This document shows, one piece after another, positions 9,361-18,800 of a DNA stretch of 33,795 bases. Within the stretch, counting starts at the first letter, position 1; each line of letters opens with the position of its first letter. The DNA is from Terrimicrobiaceae bacterium (GTDB lineage Bacteria; Verrucomicrobiota; Verrucomicrobiia; Chthoniobacterales; Terrimicrobiaceae). Location: NCBI GenBank assembly GCA_041752695.1, contig JBGSVZ010000032.1, positions 1 to 33,795 of the forward strand, in the 5' to 3' direction. Below the pieces are notes generated by a model. The model searched no databases. It saw only the letters and a program-made list of their open reading frames with translations, and was not told where the DNA came from. The translations under genes and the position numbers were made by a program.

Positions 9361-9532
9361 AGCGTGTTTAAAATGCGGATTTTTGGGAAAAATGGAGGGA
9401 TGCGGGCCCTCGCATCCCTGGGTGCCGAGAATCGAAGCGGACGCGGAGATGTCCTTTGCGCAGCAAAGCCCGGAGGGCGACTCCTCGTCGGCAACCCGGC
9501 ACCCTCCAGGACTTGCATTTTTAGACACGCTC
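9360..9532. mobile_element. 173-bp MITE (non-autonomous, IS5-like ends)
   Basis: TIRs GAGCGTGTTTAAAATGC / GCATTTTTAGACACGCTC, flanked by TTA at 9357-9359 and 9533-9535. Confidence 0.75.
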
Positions 9533-9537
9533 TTAGC

Positions 9538-10488
9538 ATGAGGGTGAAAAGTCTTTGCTTACTGGCGGTGATGGGAACGTTCCTGGGGGCGGCTCAAGCC
9601 TGGGACCCCATCGGTCACATGGTGGTGAGCCAAAGCGCCTATGGCCAGCTGACGCCCGCCGCGCGTGCCGAGGTGGACCTTAGTCTGGCCGAGTTTAATA
9701 GGAAGCAGCAGGCGGCCTATTCGTTTGTCACCGCCGGGTGCTGGATGGACGACATTCGGGGGACGCACAAGCACTATGCGCCCTGGCATTATATTGAATT
9801 GCCCTACACCCGGGACGGCGAACCCTTCCCGGTGGCCTGGCAGGTGAATGCGCTCTGGGCCATCCGCCATTGTGAGGCCATCCTCAAAGACGAGCGGACG
9901 GACCCCGAGGTGGACAAGAATCAGGCGCTGGTCATGTTGCTGCATCTCGTCGGCGACATCCATCAGCCCCTGCACACCGTGAGTCGCAATGGGGATGCGG
10001 GCGGCAACAAGGTGGTCGTGCCGAATATTGAAGACGCCATGGTCCAGGCCTTTCCCACCCGCCGGAATCTCCACTATTTCTGGGACAGCGCCTATCGCCG
10101 GACGGTGAAGGAGGGCAAGGTGGTGGAAACGATTGTCGAGCCCCTCTCGCTGCCGAGCGATCCCTTGAAGGGCCACACGCTGGCCCAACCCATGGCCATT
10201 GAACTCGCGGCGAATTTGGAAAAAACCTATCAACCGGACCTCTTTCCCGCGACGGGCACACCGGAGGAATGGGTGAAGGAAAGCCACATCCAAGGCTACG
10301 ACAACGTTTATCAAAAACTGCCCGGCGGCGAGGCGGCCAATCCCGTGGAACTCGACCAAGCTTACGTGGACAATGCCCGCGCCCTGGCGGAGCAAAAACT
10401 CATCCAGGGTGGACACCGCCTTGCTGCCTTTCTGAACGGACTTTTTCCAGGTCCCGCTTCGGACGAAGGCCCCGTCAAAGAGCCGTAG
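9538..10488 (+). CDS. S1/P1 family nuclease, exported
   Basis: Signal peptide ending AQA, then the mature W-DPIGH start, WMDDIR, WHYI, HLVGDIHQPLH and NLHYFWD. Confidence 0.92.
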   Translation: MRVKSLCLLAVMGTFLGAAQAWDPIGHMVVSQSAYGQLTPAARAEVDLSLAEFNRKQQAAYSFVTAGCWMDDIRGTHKHYAPWHYIELPYTRDGEPFPVAWQVNALWAIRHCEAILKDERTDPEVDKNQALVMLLHLVGDIHQPLHTVSRNGDAGGNKVVVPNIEDAMVQAFPTRRNLHYFWDSAYRRTVKEGKVVETIVEPLSLPSDPLKGHTLAQPMAIELAANLEKTYQPDLFPATGTPEEWVKESHIQGYDNVYQKLPGGEAANPVELDQAYVDNARALAEQKLIQGGHRLAAFLNGLFPGPASDEGPVKEP

Positions 10489-10515
10489 CCCCAGTGGGCC
10501 TCGGCGCAATCCCTC

Positions 10516-11337
10516 ATGCCCTCCCGCTTCATCTGGCCCCGGTGCGGTCAGCCCGAGGTCGTGATCGCCGGACGGTTTCCGTTTTCTCCGGCTACCGTGG
10601 CGCGCGACTACCGGCATCCGACCTTCGCCCTGCATCAACATCACTATCGCGGCCGGCTGACGATTGGACGCCAGGCCTTTGAGGTGCGTCCGGGCGATGT
10701 CACCATCACCCCGCCCGGGGTGATTTCGCGCTATCAGCTGGCAGGGGCGGGACACCATTGGTGTGTGCACTTTCGTCCGGTCGAAATGCCTGCGGCAGCC
10801 GGTTCCTTCCCCCTTCCCCTCCATCTCCCGCAACGGGGTGGTCACATCGCAGAACAGATCCGCCGGATCGCAGGCGTTCTGGAAAGACAAGGCTCTCGGA
10901 CGAAACAGGAAATGGCTGCAATCGCTGCCGGAACGCTTCTGCAGGGGATTCTGCTTCAGCTTGCACTGGATCTCAAATCCCCCCGCCCGGCACGTCGGGA
11001 AACTCGCGCGGAACCGTTGCTCGACGCGGCTCGGGACCTGATCGAGCATCATTTTCAGAAACCTCTCACCATCGGAAATATCGCCAGCGCCAGCGGCTTG
11101 AGCCGGAATTATTTTTCCGCCCGGTTTCGGGCGCGGTTTGGACGCACGGCTCAGGGGTACCTTCTGCACCGGCGTCTGGAGGCGGCAAGAGTATTGTTGA
11201 TTTCCACCACTCTCCCGGTGAAGGAGATCGCGTTTCAATGCGGCCTGCCCGACCCCCATCATTTCAACAAACAATTCCGCCAGACCGAGGGAATCAGCCC
11301 AACAGCTTATCGGGCGCGGCATTCGGAAAAGTGGTGA
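10516..11337 (+). CDS. AraC family transcriptional regulator (cupin plus HTH)
   Basis: PGDVTITPPG cupin motif. C-terminal LSRNYFSARF and VKEIAFQCGLPDPHHFNKQFRQTEGISPTAYR. Confidence 0.92.
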   Translation: MPSRFIWPRCGQPEVVIAGRFPFSPATVARDYRHPTFALHQHHYRGRLTIGRQAFEVRPGDVTITPPGVISRYQLAGAGHHWCVHFRPVEMPAAAGSFPLPLHLPQRGGHIAEQIRRIAGVLERQGSRTKQEMAAIAAGTLLQGILLQLALDLKSPRPARRETRAEPLLDAARDLIEHHFQKPLTIGNIASASGLSRNYFSARFRARFGRTAQGYLLHRRLEAARVLLISTTLPVKEIAFQCGLPDPHHFNKQFRQTEGISPTAYRARHSEKW

Positions 11338-11415
11338 ATTTTTCCCAATGGTCGCAAACCCTTACCAAGGCCTTTTCTGGAGTTTCGGATTGATCGTGTT
11401 GAGGTTTTGGGCGTC

Positions 11416-12186
11416 ATGAATACCCCTTCCTCCCCTAAAGAATTTTTCGACAAAAACGGCTACTACCTCGCCCGCGGCGTTTTCACGCCGGACGAGATCA
11501 CGGCCATGGAAACGGACTTCGACCGCATCGTCTCCCAACTCAATAGCGCGGGCGAGGATGTCAACGCCTCCTGGCAGGGAGAGCAGTCCAAAAAACTTGG
11601 TGCCGGGAAAACCACCATTCTTCACACCCACAACGTCCAGATCTACTCCGAGTGCTGGCACCGCGCGTTGATGAATCGGCAGTTTCTCGATGTCGCGGAG
11701 CAGATCCTGGGGCCGGACATCGTTCTGCATCACTCCAAGCTTTTCCAGAAACCGCCGGAGAAGGGCGCGCCGTTTCCGATGCATCAGGACTGGAGCTATT
11801 TTCCCACCCTGAAGGATTCGATGATCGCCGGCATTATTCATGTCTCGGCCGCCACGGATGAAATGGGCTGCCTGCGGGTCTATCCTGGCTCTCACACGCT
11901 GGGACGGGTCGCGGGAACATCCGGACAGGAAGCCTCCGATTTTCTTGACGGATACCCGTTGGAGGGCGGGCTGGCGCTGGAGGCGGAACCGGGCGATGTG
12001 GCATTTTTTCACTATTTCACCCTGCATGGGTCAAAGCCCAACTACTCCGGCAAAACCCGGAAAACCGTGCTGGCCCAACTGCACGCGGGGACCGATGCGA
12101 TCGAACCGGACAACCGTCATCCGAACGCCCGCTTGGTTTTGCGGGGGTGGAACCATTTCGCCGGCCGCTCCGTGGCCAACGAATAG
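11416..12186 (+). CDS. Phytanoyl-CoA dioxygenase (PhyH) family Fe/2OG oxygenase
   Basis: FFDKNGYY, KPPEKG, HQD iron motif, GCLRVYPGSH, PGDVAFFH and LHGS..N.S...R. Confidence 0.9.
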   Translation: MNTPSSPKEFFDKNGYYLARGVFTPDEITAMETDFDRIVSQLNSAGEDVNASWQGEQSKKLGAGKTTILHTHNVQIYSECWHRALMNRQFLDVAEQILGPDIVLHHSKLFQKPPEKGAPFPMHQDWSYFPTLKDSMIAGIIHVSAATDEMGCLRVYPGSHTLGRVAGTSGQEASDFLDGYPLEGGLALEAEPGDVAFFHYFTLHGSKPNYSGKTRKTVLAQLHAGTDAIEPDNRHPNARLVLRGWNHFAGRSVANE

Positions 12187-12191
12187 TCCCC

Positions 12192-12668
12192 TTACTGCAT
12201 CGATTCCTGCATGATGCGGACGATCTCCGGCATCATTTCCTGGGCCTTCTTCTGACCAATGGCCATTGTCTCGGGCAACAGGCTGATTTGTTTGGAGACC
12301 AGCAATTGCCCCGTCGGGGTTTCCAGCATTTTGGTGATCGCGACCACTTCGTCCTCGGTGAAATTTTTGGTGTAGATACCGGCGATCTCTGTTTTGACGG
12401 CGCTCCAGCCCATGAGTTCGAGCACGCGGACGCGCACTTTTTCCATGCCGGCATTGATTTTGTTCTGCTGCTCGATCGGCAGGCCGGCGAGTTTTTGATC
12501 GCTCATCGAAAGTCCGGCGTTGAATCCGGAAATGAGGCTCGTCTCGTACTGTTCCTTCATCTTCATCGCGGTGAAAAGCCGGTCGACCGCGGCCAGGTGC
12601 GATTCCTCGGCGGCGAACGCGGAGGGTATGACGAGGATGATGGCGAGAAGCAACCCGGCGATCTTCAT
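12192..12668 (-). CDS. DUF2059 family exported protein
   Basis: Signal peptide MKIAGLLLAIILVIPSAFA and IYTKNFTEDEVVAITKMLETPTGQ motif. Alternative start at 12680. Confidence 0.8.
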   Translation of the reverse strand: MKIAGLLLAIILVIPSAFAAEESHLAAVDRLFTAMKMKEQYETSLISGFNAGLSMSDQKLAGLPIEQQNKINAGMEKVRVRVLELMGWSAVKTEIAGIYTKNFTEDEVVAITKMLETPTGQLLVSKQISLLPETMAIGQKKAQEMMPEIVRIMQESMQ

Positions 12669-12733
12669 GGGCCGCATCATTGCCGGAGAGGGGCGGAAGG
12701 CAATGCTTTTGCGGGGGAGGTGATCTTACAATT

Positions 12734-12928
12734 ACCAAAGGTGCGGGAATGGCTTCCCGGCCATTCGATAGTGTTGCCCGATCCACGCAGCACCAAAGGT
12801 GCAGGAATTGGCCTCCCGGCCATTCGTATGTGTTGCCCGATCCATGCAGCACCAAAGGTGCGGGAATTGGCCTCCCGGCCATTCGTATGTGTTGCCCGAT
12901 CCTCATGGCACCAAAGGTGCAGGAATTC
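12734..12928. repeat. Tandem repeat, 58-59 bp unit, three copies plus a partial fourth
   Basis: ACCAAAGGTGC(G/A)GGAAT... starts at 12734, 12792, 12851 and 12910. The junctions recreate the hairpin GCACC-AAA-GGTGC. Confidence 0.95.
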
Positions 12929-13139
12929 CAAAGCCCAGCCCGGCAGGGCTGGGTTCCAGGTTGCCAATTTTTCTGCGGCCTGAAGGGTCGCGATGGGCGA
13001 CAGGGAGTGATGCCTAAATTTTATACTGGCCGGATCGTAGATTTCCCCGTTGGACATTGCAGCCCTTCAGGCCGCGTCCTCTTTCCACTCCAATACCTAG
13101 GCCTTCGACCCAGGCTGTGGGATTCCGTGCCTTCGGCAC
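12908..13139. repeat. Nested-palindrome REP/BIME-like composite
   Basis: GCACCAAAGGTGC; CCCAGCCC...GGGCTGGG; GCGGCCTGAAGGG (12975) pairing with CCCTTCAGGCCGC (13063-13075); terminal GTGCC-TTC-GGCAC. Confidence 0.7.
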
Positions 13140-13175
13140 TTTGCAAATCGCACTCCCTTGCGTTTCAAAAGCGCC

Positions 13176-13781
13176 TCACCCCCGCCGCGCGCGGAGCCGA
13201 TGGTGCAGGGAATCGTCGGCCCGGAGCAGAATCTCCGCCGGCTCGCCGCCGGTGTTGGTATCTGCGACAATGCGCCGGAGCAAAATCAGCGACGCGATCG
13301 CGTCCGATAACGCGTCGTGCCAGCGAAAATTCGTGTGCGCGGCCCGCAACTCTTCCTCCAGTCCAAGGGAAATGATCAGGTCCCCGAGCGCATAGGAAGC
13401 CAGGGCCGGCCAGGCGGCGCGGGATAACTTCAGGGTGTCGATCCAGGGCCCGAAACCATGAAAAGGAAACGCCCGCAGGAAGCGCTTTTCGGTGGCGGCT
13501 CCATGAGCCACGACCCAATGGCCTTCGAGCAACGTTTTGATCCGCGGCCAGAGGGCGGTGAGTTCCGGCGCGCCTTTCAAATCTTCGCGCCGGATGCCGT
13601 GAACTTTCTGGGCGCTCCAGGTGATCGGTTGATCGGTCGCGAGAAAGCTGGTGAACGAATCGCCCAGCATGCCGCCCCGCATCCGGGCGATACCGATCTG
13701 CACCGCGACCTCCGTGCCGCCCGGTCGGATCCCCGCGCTTTCGAAATCAATCGCCGCGAAGGGAATCTCGGAAACAAACAT
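13176..13781 (-). CDS. DEDDh 3'-5' exonuclease (DnaQ/epsilon-like)
   Basis: IDFE (ExoI), VHGI, VAHGAATE (variant ExoII), WIDTL and HDALSDA (ExoIII). Confidence 0.88.
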   Translation of the reverse strand: MFVSEIPFAAIDFESAGIRPGGTEVAVQIGIARMRGGMLGDSFTSFLATDQPITWSAQKVHGIRREDLKGAPELTALWPRIKTLLEGHWVVAHGAATEKRFLRAFPFHGFGPWIDTLKLSRAAWPALASYALGDLIISLGLEEELRAAHTNFRWHDALSDAIASLILLRRIVADTNTGGEPAEILLRADDSLHHRLRARRG

Positions 13782-13783
13782 GG

Positions 13784-13890
13784 GATGTTTGATGTCAGAA
13801 GTTTGATGTCAGATGGGGATATCACCCGCGCACCGCGCGGCACACGTCCCGCTCTGCGGGACCACTTCATCCCTCAAACATCACACATCC
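13784..13890. repeat. Heptamer tandem repeats in inverted arrangement
   Basis: GATGTTT GATGTCA GAAGTTT GATGTCA at 13784-13811 and a complementary-type run (TCAAACATCACACATCC) before 13890. A similar run lies near 20553-20584. Confidence 0.6.
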
Positions 13891-14948
13891 TACTTCCGCA
13901 GCATTTCCTCCGTCATTTCCCAGCTCATGCAGGCGTCGGTGATGGAGACGCCGTATTGTAGGGCGGCGGGATCGGTGCCAAGCGGCTGGGCGCCGGCCAG
14001 GAGGTTGCTTTCCAGCATGGCGCCGATGATTTCGCGGCGGCCGGAAGCGCGCTGTTCGAGAATGCTTTTCCAGACCAGCGGTTGACGGGCGGGATCTTTG
14101 CCGGAGTTGGCATGGCTGCAGTCCACCATCACGGCAGGGTGCAGGCTGTTTTTGCGCAGGGCCTCGCAGGCCGCGGCGACATGGTTGGCTTCGTAGTTGG
14201 CCCCGTCGCGTCCGCCTCGCAGCACGACATGGCTGTCGGGATTGCCGGTGGTTTTGACGATGCTGGTGGAGCCATCCTGATCAATCCCGAGGAAACTGTG
14301 CGGCGTGCGGGAGCTTTTCATGGCGTCAATCGCCACCTGCACGCTGCCGTCGGTGCCGTTTTTGAAACCGACCGGCATGGAGAGTCCGCTGGCCATTTCG
14401 CGGTGGGTTTGGGATTCGGTCGTCCGGGCGCCGATAGCGGCCCAGCTCATCAGGTCCGCGAGGTATTGCGGGATGATCGGGTCGAGAAATTCCGTGCCAG
14501 CGGCGAGGCCGAGATCCGCGATATCGAGGAGAATTTTGCGGGCGAGGGCGATGCCGTGGGCCATGTCGCACGAGTCGTTCATCAACGGGTCGTTGATCAG
14601 GCCTTTCCAGCCGACGGTCGTGCGGGGTTTTTCAAAATAGACGCGCATCACGACAAAATATTTGTCGGAGACCTCGCGGCTGAGGGCGGCGAGTTTGCGG
14701 GCGTATTCGAGGGCGGCCTCGGGGTCATGGATCGAGCAGGGGCCGCAGACGACGAGGAGGCGGTCATCCTCGCCGCGCAGGATGGCGCGGGATTGTTCGC
14801 GGCCTTTCAGCACGGTTTCCACCTGGGCCGGGCTCGCCGGGAGCTGCTCTTTGATTTGGGTCGGGGTAATGAGCCGGGTGACGCCGCGCACGCGGAGATT
14901 CTCCAGCGGAAGGGCGGTGGTTTGTGGCTCGGTGGCAGTCGCAGTCAT
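13890..14948 (-). CDS. aroG: 3-deoxy-7-phosphoheptulonate (DAHP) synthase, class I alpha (AroF/G/H type)
   Basis: GPCSIHD, MRVYFEKPRTTVGWKG, IGARTTESQTHRE, GFKNGTDG, DCSHANS and YGVSITDAC. The isoenzyme identity cannot be determined. Confidence 0.93.
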   Translation of the reverse strand: MTATATEPQTTALPLENLRVRGVTRLITPTQIKEQLPASPAQVETVLKGREQSRAILRGEDDRLLVVCGPCSIHDPEAALEYARKLAALSREVSDKYFVVMRVYFEKPRTTVGWKGLINDPLMNDSCDMAHGIALARKILLDIADLGLAAGTEFLDPIIPQYLADLMSWAAIGARTTESQTHREMASGLSMPVGFKNGTDGSVQVAIDAMKSSRTPHSFLGIDQDGSTSIVKTTGNPDSHVVLRGGRDGANYEANHVAAACEALRKNSLHPAVMVDCSHANSGKDPARQPLVWKSILEQRASGRREIIGAMLESNLLAGAQPLGTDPAALQYGVSITDACMSWEMTEEMLRK

Positions 14949-14999
14949 AAATAGGACCGTTCAGTATCTCAAAATTCCGAAATCTTGCAACCCGGCGGT

Positions 15000-15500
15000 T
15001 TAAACTTCAGGAATCTGGCGGGTTCGGTGCGTCGCTTCGTATTCTTGGAGGAAAAGTTCGAGCAGATGCAAATCCAACCGATCTTTCATCCGGCCGGAGG
15101 CCTTTTTGCTGGCGATGATGTCTCGGAGGTTGGCGACGGGAAAAATATCCTCGCGTACGGCCCTGGCCTTCGCGGCTTGGAATGTTTCAATTCCGTCGGG
15201 CGCGAAAATCAAATCAAGATCGAATGGACCGTTTTTCAGTTGGACGAAATCCTTCCCCCTGATGATTTCGGCTTGCGTGTTGGCATCCAGGGTAAAGCCC
15301 AAAGCGAGCAACGCTTTCACGATACGTTCGCCGTTTTCGGGAGATTTTGCAGGAAAGACATCCACATCCTGCGTCGTGCCGGGGAAGCCGAGCAGGATGG
15401 CTCCGCTCTTTCCGATAAACAGATAATCCACCTCCCCAGCATTAAAAGCCAGGGCAACCTCCTGCGCCTGGAGCGGGTTGAACGGCGCACGCTCGTTCAC
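15000..15500 (-). CDS. Nucleotidyltransferase-fold protein (DUF6036-like)
   Basis: Likely GTG start at 15500, overlapping the upstream stop as GTGA. YLFIGKSGAILLG.P.TTQDVD, LDLIF and SKKASGRMKDRLDL. Confidence 0.7.
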   Translation of the reverse strand: MNERAPFNPLQAQEVALAFNAGEVDYLFIGKSGAILLGFPGTTQDVDVFPAKSPENGERIVKALLALGFTLDANTQAEIIRGKDFVQLKNGPFDLDLIFAPDGIETFQAAKARAVREDIFPVANLRDIIASKKASGRMKDRLDLHLLELFLQEYEATHRTRQIPEV

Positions 15501-15736
15501 TTTTCGGATGCCGGCTGGAAGCCGAGATAGGCGGGAAGATGCGCAGCACACCACTCGCGGTAATCCCTCGTGCTCGAAAAAATTCGCGTTCCCGGGGTAT
15601 CGAGCACCGGCCGGTTCACGCGGCAAAACCCATATTTCATCCGAGTTTCAACGGAGCGCGCCATCTGCCTGCGACACTGTTCGCGGAAGGCCATGTCTTC
15701 CTCTTCTTCCTGGCCGGTCAATGTGTTGGCTGGCAT
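15497..15736 (-). CDS. Small hypothetical protein coupled to the nucleotidyltransferase
   Basis: About 79 aa from ATG 15736. Its stop overlaps the next start, and the sequence is protein-like (PVLD..G.RIFSSTRDYREWC..HLP.YLGF). Confidence 0.65.
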   Translation of the reverse strand: MPANTLTGQEEEEDMAFREQCRRQMARSVETRMKYGFCRVNRPVLDTPGTRIFSSTRDYREWCAAHLPAYLGFQPASEK

Positions 15737-15826
15737 GGACGAACGATAGTCTGGCAATCCAATTTGGGAAAGCAGGAACGAATGGAAACGGGGTGAAGTG
15801 ACGCCCCGCTGAGATTTTCAGGAATC

Positions 15827-18800
15827 GTGTCCCGTACCTTGAATTCCCCCCGGACGGGCTCTAGGCTGCGGGAAATGGAAGTCGCTGCACCGGAACCTCC
15901 CGGCCGTACCCAAAAACGCCTGGAGGGAATCTTTCTTTGGGCCTCGCGCGCCCGCACGGCCGGACGCCATGCGGTGCGACGTCTCCTGCGCAAACCGCGC
16001 ACGGTGGCCGAAAGCCCCAACCTGCTCCCGACTCTGATCAAGGTTTTTGCCGCGTTTGCCCGGGTGGATGGTGAGCTGCTCGAGGAGGAAATCGACTCCA
16101 GCCTCGGCTTCCTGCGCTACGACTACCCGGACGCGGTCTATTCCGAACTGCGCAAACTTTTCCGCGAGGCCCTGCACGAACAGCAGGATCTCAACGCCAT
16201 CGCTGTAAAATTGGAGGCCGAACTTGATGAGGAGCGCCGCATCCTCCTCGGCGTGCAGCTTTACGACCTCATCGCCAAGGCCGGCCTCAAGCAGGAGCAG
16301 GTCATCGCGTATTATTCCTTCATGTCCTCGCTCGGCATGGCGGCGCAAGCGATTGACATCGTCTATCAACTCAATGCCAACGAGCAGGGCGACTCGGGCA
16401 TTTACCACTCGGGGGCCTCACCGCTGGAGGCTGTCAGTTTTGGTCCGCCCGAAACCTGCGACGTGGCCCTGCGCGGGCTTCACGATCAGGAGCGCATTCT
16501 CGGCTACCGTTACAAAGAACTGGTCATTCTGAAAAACCTCAGCGGCCGCAATCTCATTGTCCAGGGCCGGGTGCTCAAGCAGGGCGACCTGTGCCGGATT
16601 TTTACGGGTCAGCGCATCCTCATCGACGACCAGGTGCTGACCCACCAGGACCTGGTTTTTTATTTTAACGCCAAGAAAAACGTCACCCTGCCGCAGCTCT
16701 TTGTCGCGGTGAACGAGGACGACGAAGTGCGTCTGGAAAAAAACCGCGCCCGCGACACCTGTCTGGAAGTCACCTTTGGCCTCCGGGTCAAGGTGACCGC
16801 GACGAAGGACGTGGATGCTGTGCTGAAGGGCGTGCGCATGACCCAGGGCCGCACGGTCGAAGCCACGCTGGAAGACAAAATCATTTTCCACAACGACAGC
16901 GAACTCGACCTCGGCGACCTGCGGCGGCGCGCGCGTCAGTATGGCGGGCGGTTTCAGCTCAAGACCTCCAAGAGCGAGTATCTCGTTTCGAACAATCCCG
17001 GCTTGTTGGAGGAGGACGACATCCTGCTTTCGCCAGGGACCGGCGGCGATGTGCTGCTGAAGATTTATTGCGACTACGACCGCAAGGAGGGCCGGGTGGA
17101 GGTCTTGCAGGCCGACCGTCCCATTCTTGTCCGGGGCACGCCGGTGCGGAATTTTGCCTCCCTGGCCGACGGCGACGCGATCCGCATTGATGCCGGACAG
17201 GTCCTGCGCTGCAACTTCAGCGAGCGCCTCATCGAGGAGGAGCGAAACATCATCCGGTCGCTCGAAGTGCGCGATCTGGTCTGCCGCTTCCGCAATCGCC
17301 AGGTGGCAATTGATGGCACCTCCTTCACCCTGCACCGCGGGGAGATGGTCTGCGTGATGGGCGCTAGTGGCTGTGGCAAAAGTACCCTGATGCGCGCGCT
17401 GGCGGGACAGTTTCCGCCCTCGCAGGGCGACGTGCTTTTCAACGGGCGGTCGCTGTACACCAACCACGACAACCTCCGCCGCTACGTCACGTACATCCCG
17501 CAGCACGACGCCTTCGACGAACATCTCACCATCGAGGAAAATCTGGATTTCGCCGCCGCCCTGCGCACGCCCCACCTCAACCGCCGGGAGCGTTCCCGCC
17601 GCATTGATGGCAAGCTGGCCGAACTCGGCCTCAACGAGCGCCGCAATTACGTGGTGGGCGCGGCGGATAAAAAGACCCTCTCCGGCGGCGAGCGCAAACG
17701 ACTCAACATCGGCCTCGACATGATCAGTTCGGCCGACGTGTATCTTTTCGACGAGCCGACCAGCGGCCTGTCGTCCAAGGACTCCGAGCATGTCATCGAG
17801 ATCATTCGCGGCATGTCGCACAACAAGATCGTGCTCGTGAGCATCCACCAGCCGACGTCCAAAATTTTCCAGATGTTCAACAAGGCGGCCCTGCTGGACC
17901 GCGGCGGCAAGCTGGTGTTTTTCGGCACACCGCAGGAGATGTTGAAATATTTTGCGCAGGCCGAACACCAGCAGCATTTCGGGACGGACCTCGGGGCCTG
18001 CGAAGCCTGCGGCACCACGCGGCCGGAATTCATCTTCGACGTGTTGGAGACGCCCCTGCGCGACCTCTCAGGCGACATCATTTTCGAGGAAAACAACCGC
18101 GGCCAGCTCGTGCCCGCGCGGCGGTATTCGCCGGACTACTGGCGGGATAAATTCGAAGCCTACCGGCTGATGAAAGACGTGCAGTCTCCCACCCCGCCGC
18201 GGGAGATTCAGCCGGCCATGTCGTCCGCCGCCGCCCGCCGCCGCGAGCCCCTGCGCTGGCGCGAAGAGTGGCGCCAGTTCCGCGTCCTTTTTAAACGCGC
18301 CTTCTTCAGCAAGATGCGCAACAACGCGAACCTGCTCCTCACCCTGCTTGCCGCGCCCGCCCTCGCCCTGCTCATTGGATTTGTTCTCCGGCACTCCGAG
18401 GCGGAGCACTATGACTTCGCTTCGGCGTATCACATTCCGGTTTATCTGTTCCTCGCCCTCGTCGTGGCCATGTTCCTTGGCCTGACGAACAGCGTGGACG
18501 ACATCACGCGCGACAAACCGGTGCTGCAGCGAGAGCGAAATCTCAACGTCCGCCTCAGTTATTACATCTTCGCCAAGGCCCTCACCCTTGGCGCGTTTGC
18601 CGTGATCCAGTGCGTGCTTTTCACTCTCGTGGGCAATCTCCTGTTGGAAGTACGCGGAGTTTTCTGGATTCTTTTTTCGGCGATGTTTTTCACCACGATG
18701 AGCGGCGTCGCCATCGGGCTGGTGATTTCCTCGCTGGTCAACGAAGCCAAGACCGCCGTGCTGGCCATCCCGGTGGTGCTGATTCCGCAGATCATCCTCG

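Noticed and set aside
9364..9537. N-terminal extension of the S1/P1 nuclease ORF and the 60-aa antisense ORF
   Set aside because: Both lie within the MITE; the signal peptide starts at 9538.
12734..12928. CRISPR array
   Set aside because: Units are near-identical along their whole length with no unique spacers, and no cas genes are in the window.
12031..13375. ORFs with repeated peptides crossing the tandem array
   Set aside because: The repetition comes from a 59-bp unit that is not a multiple of three, and the ORFs overlap real genes.
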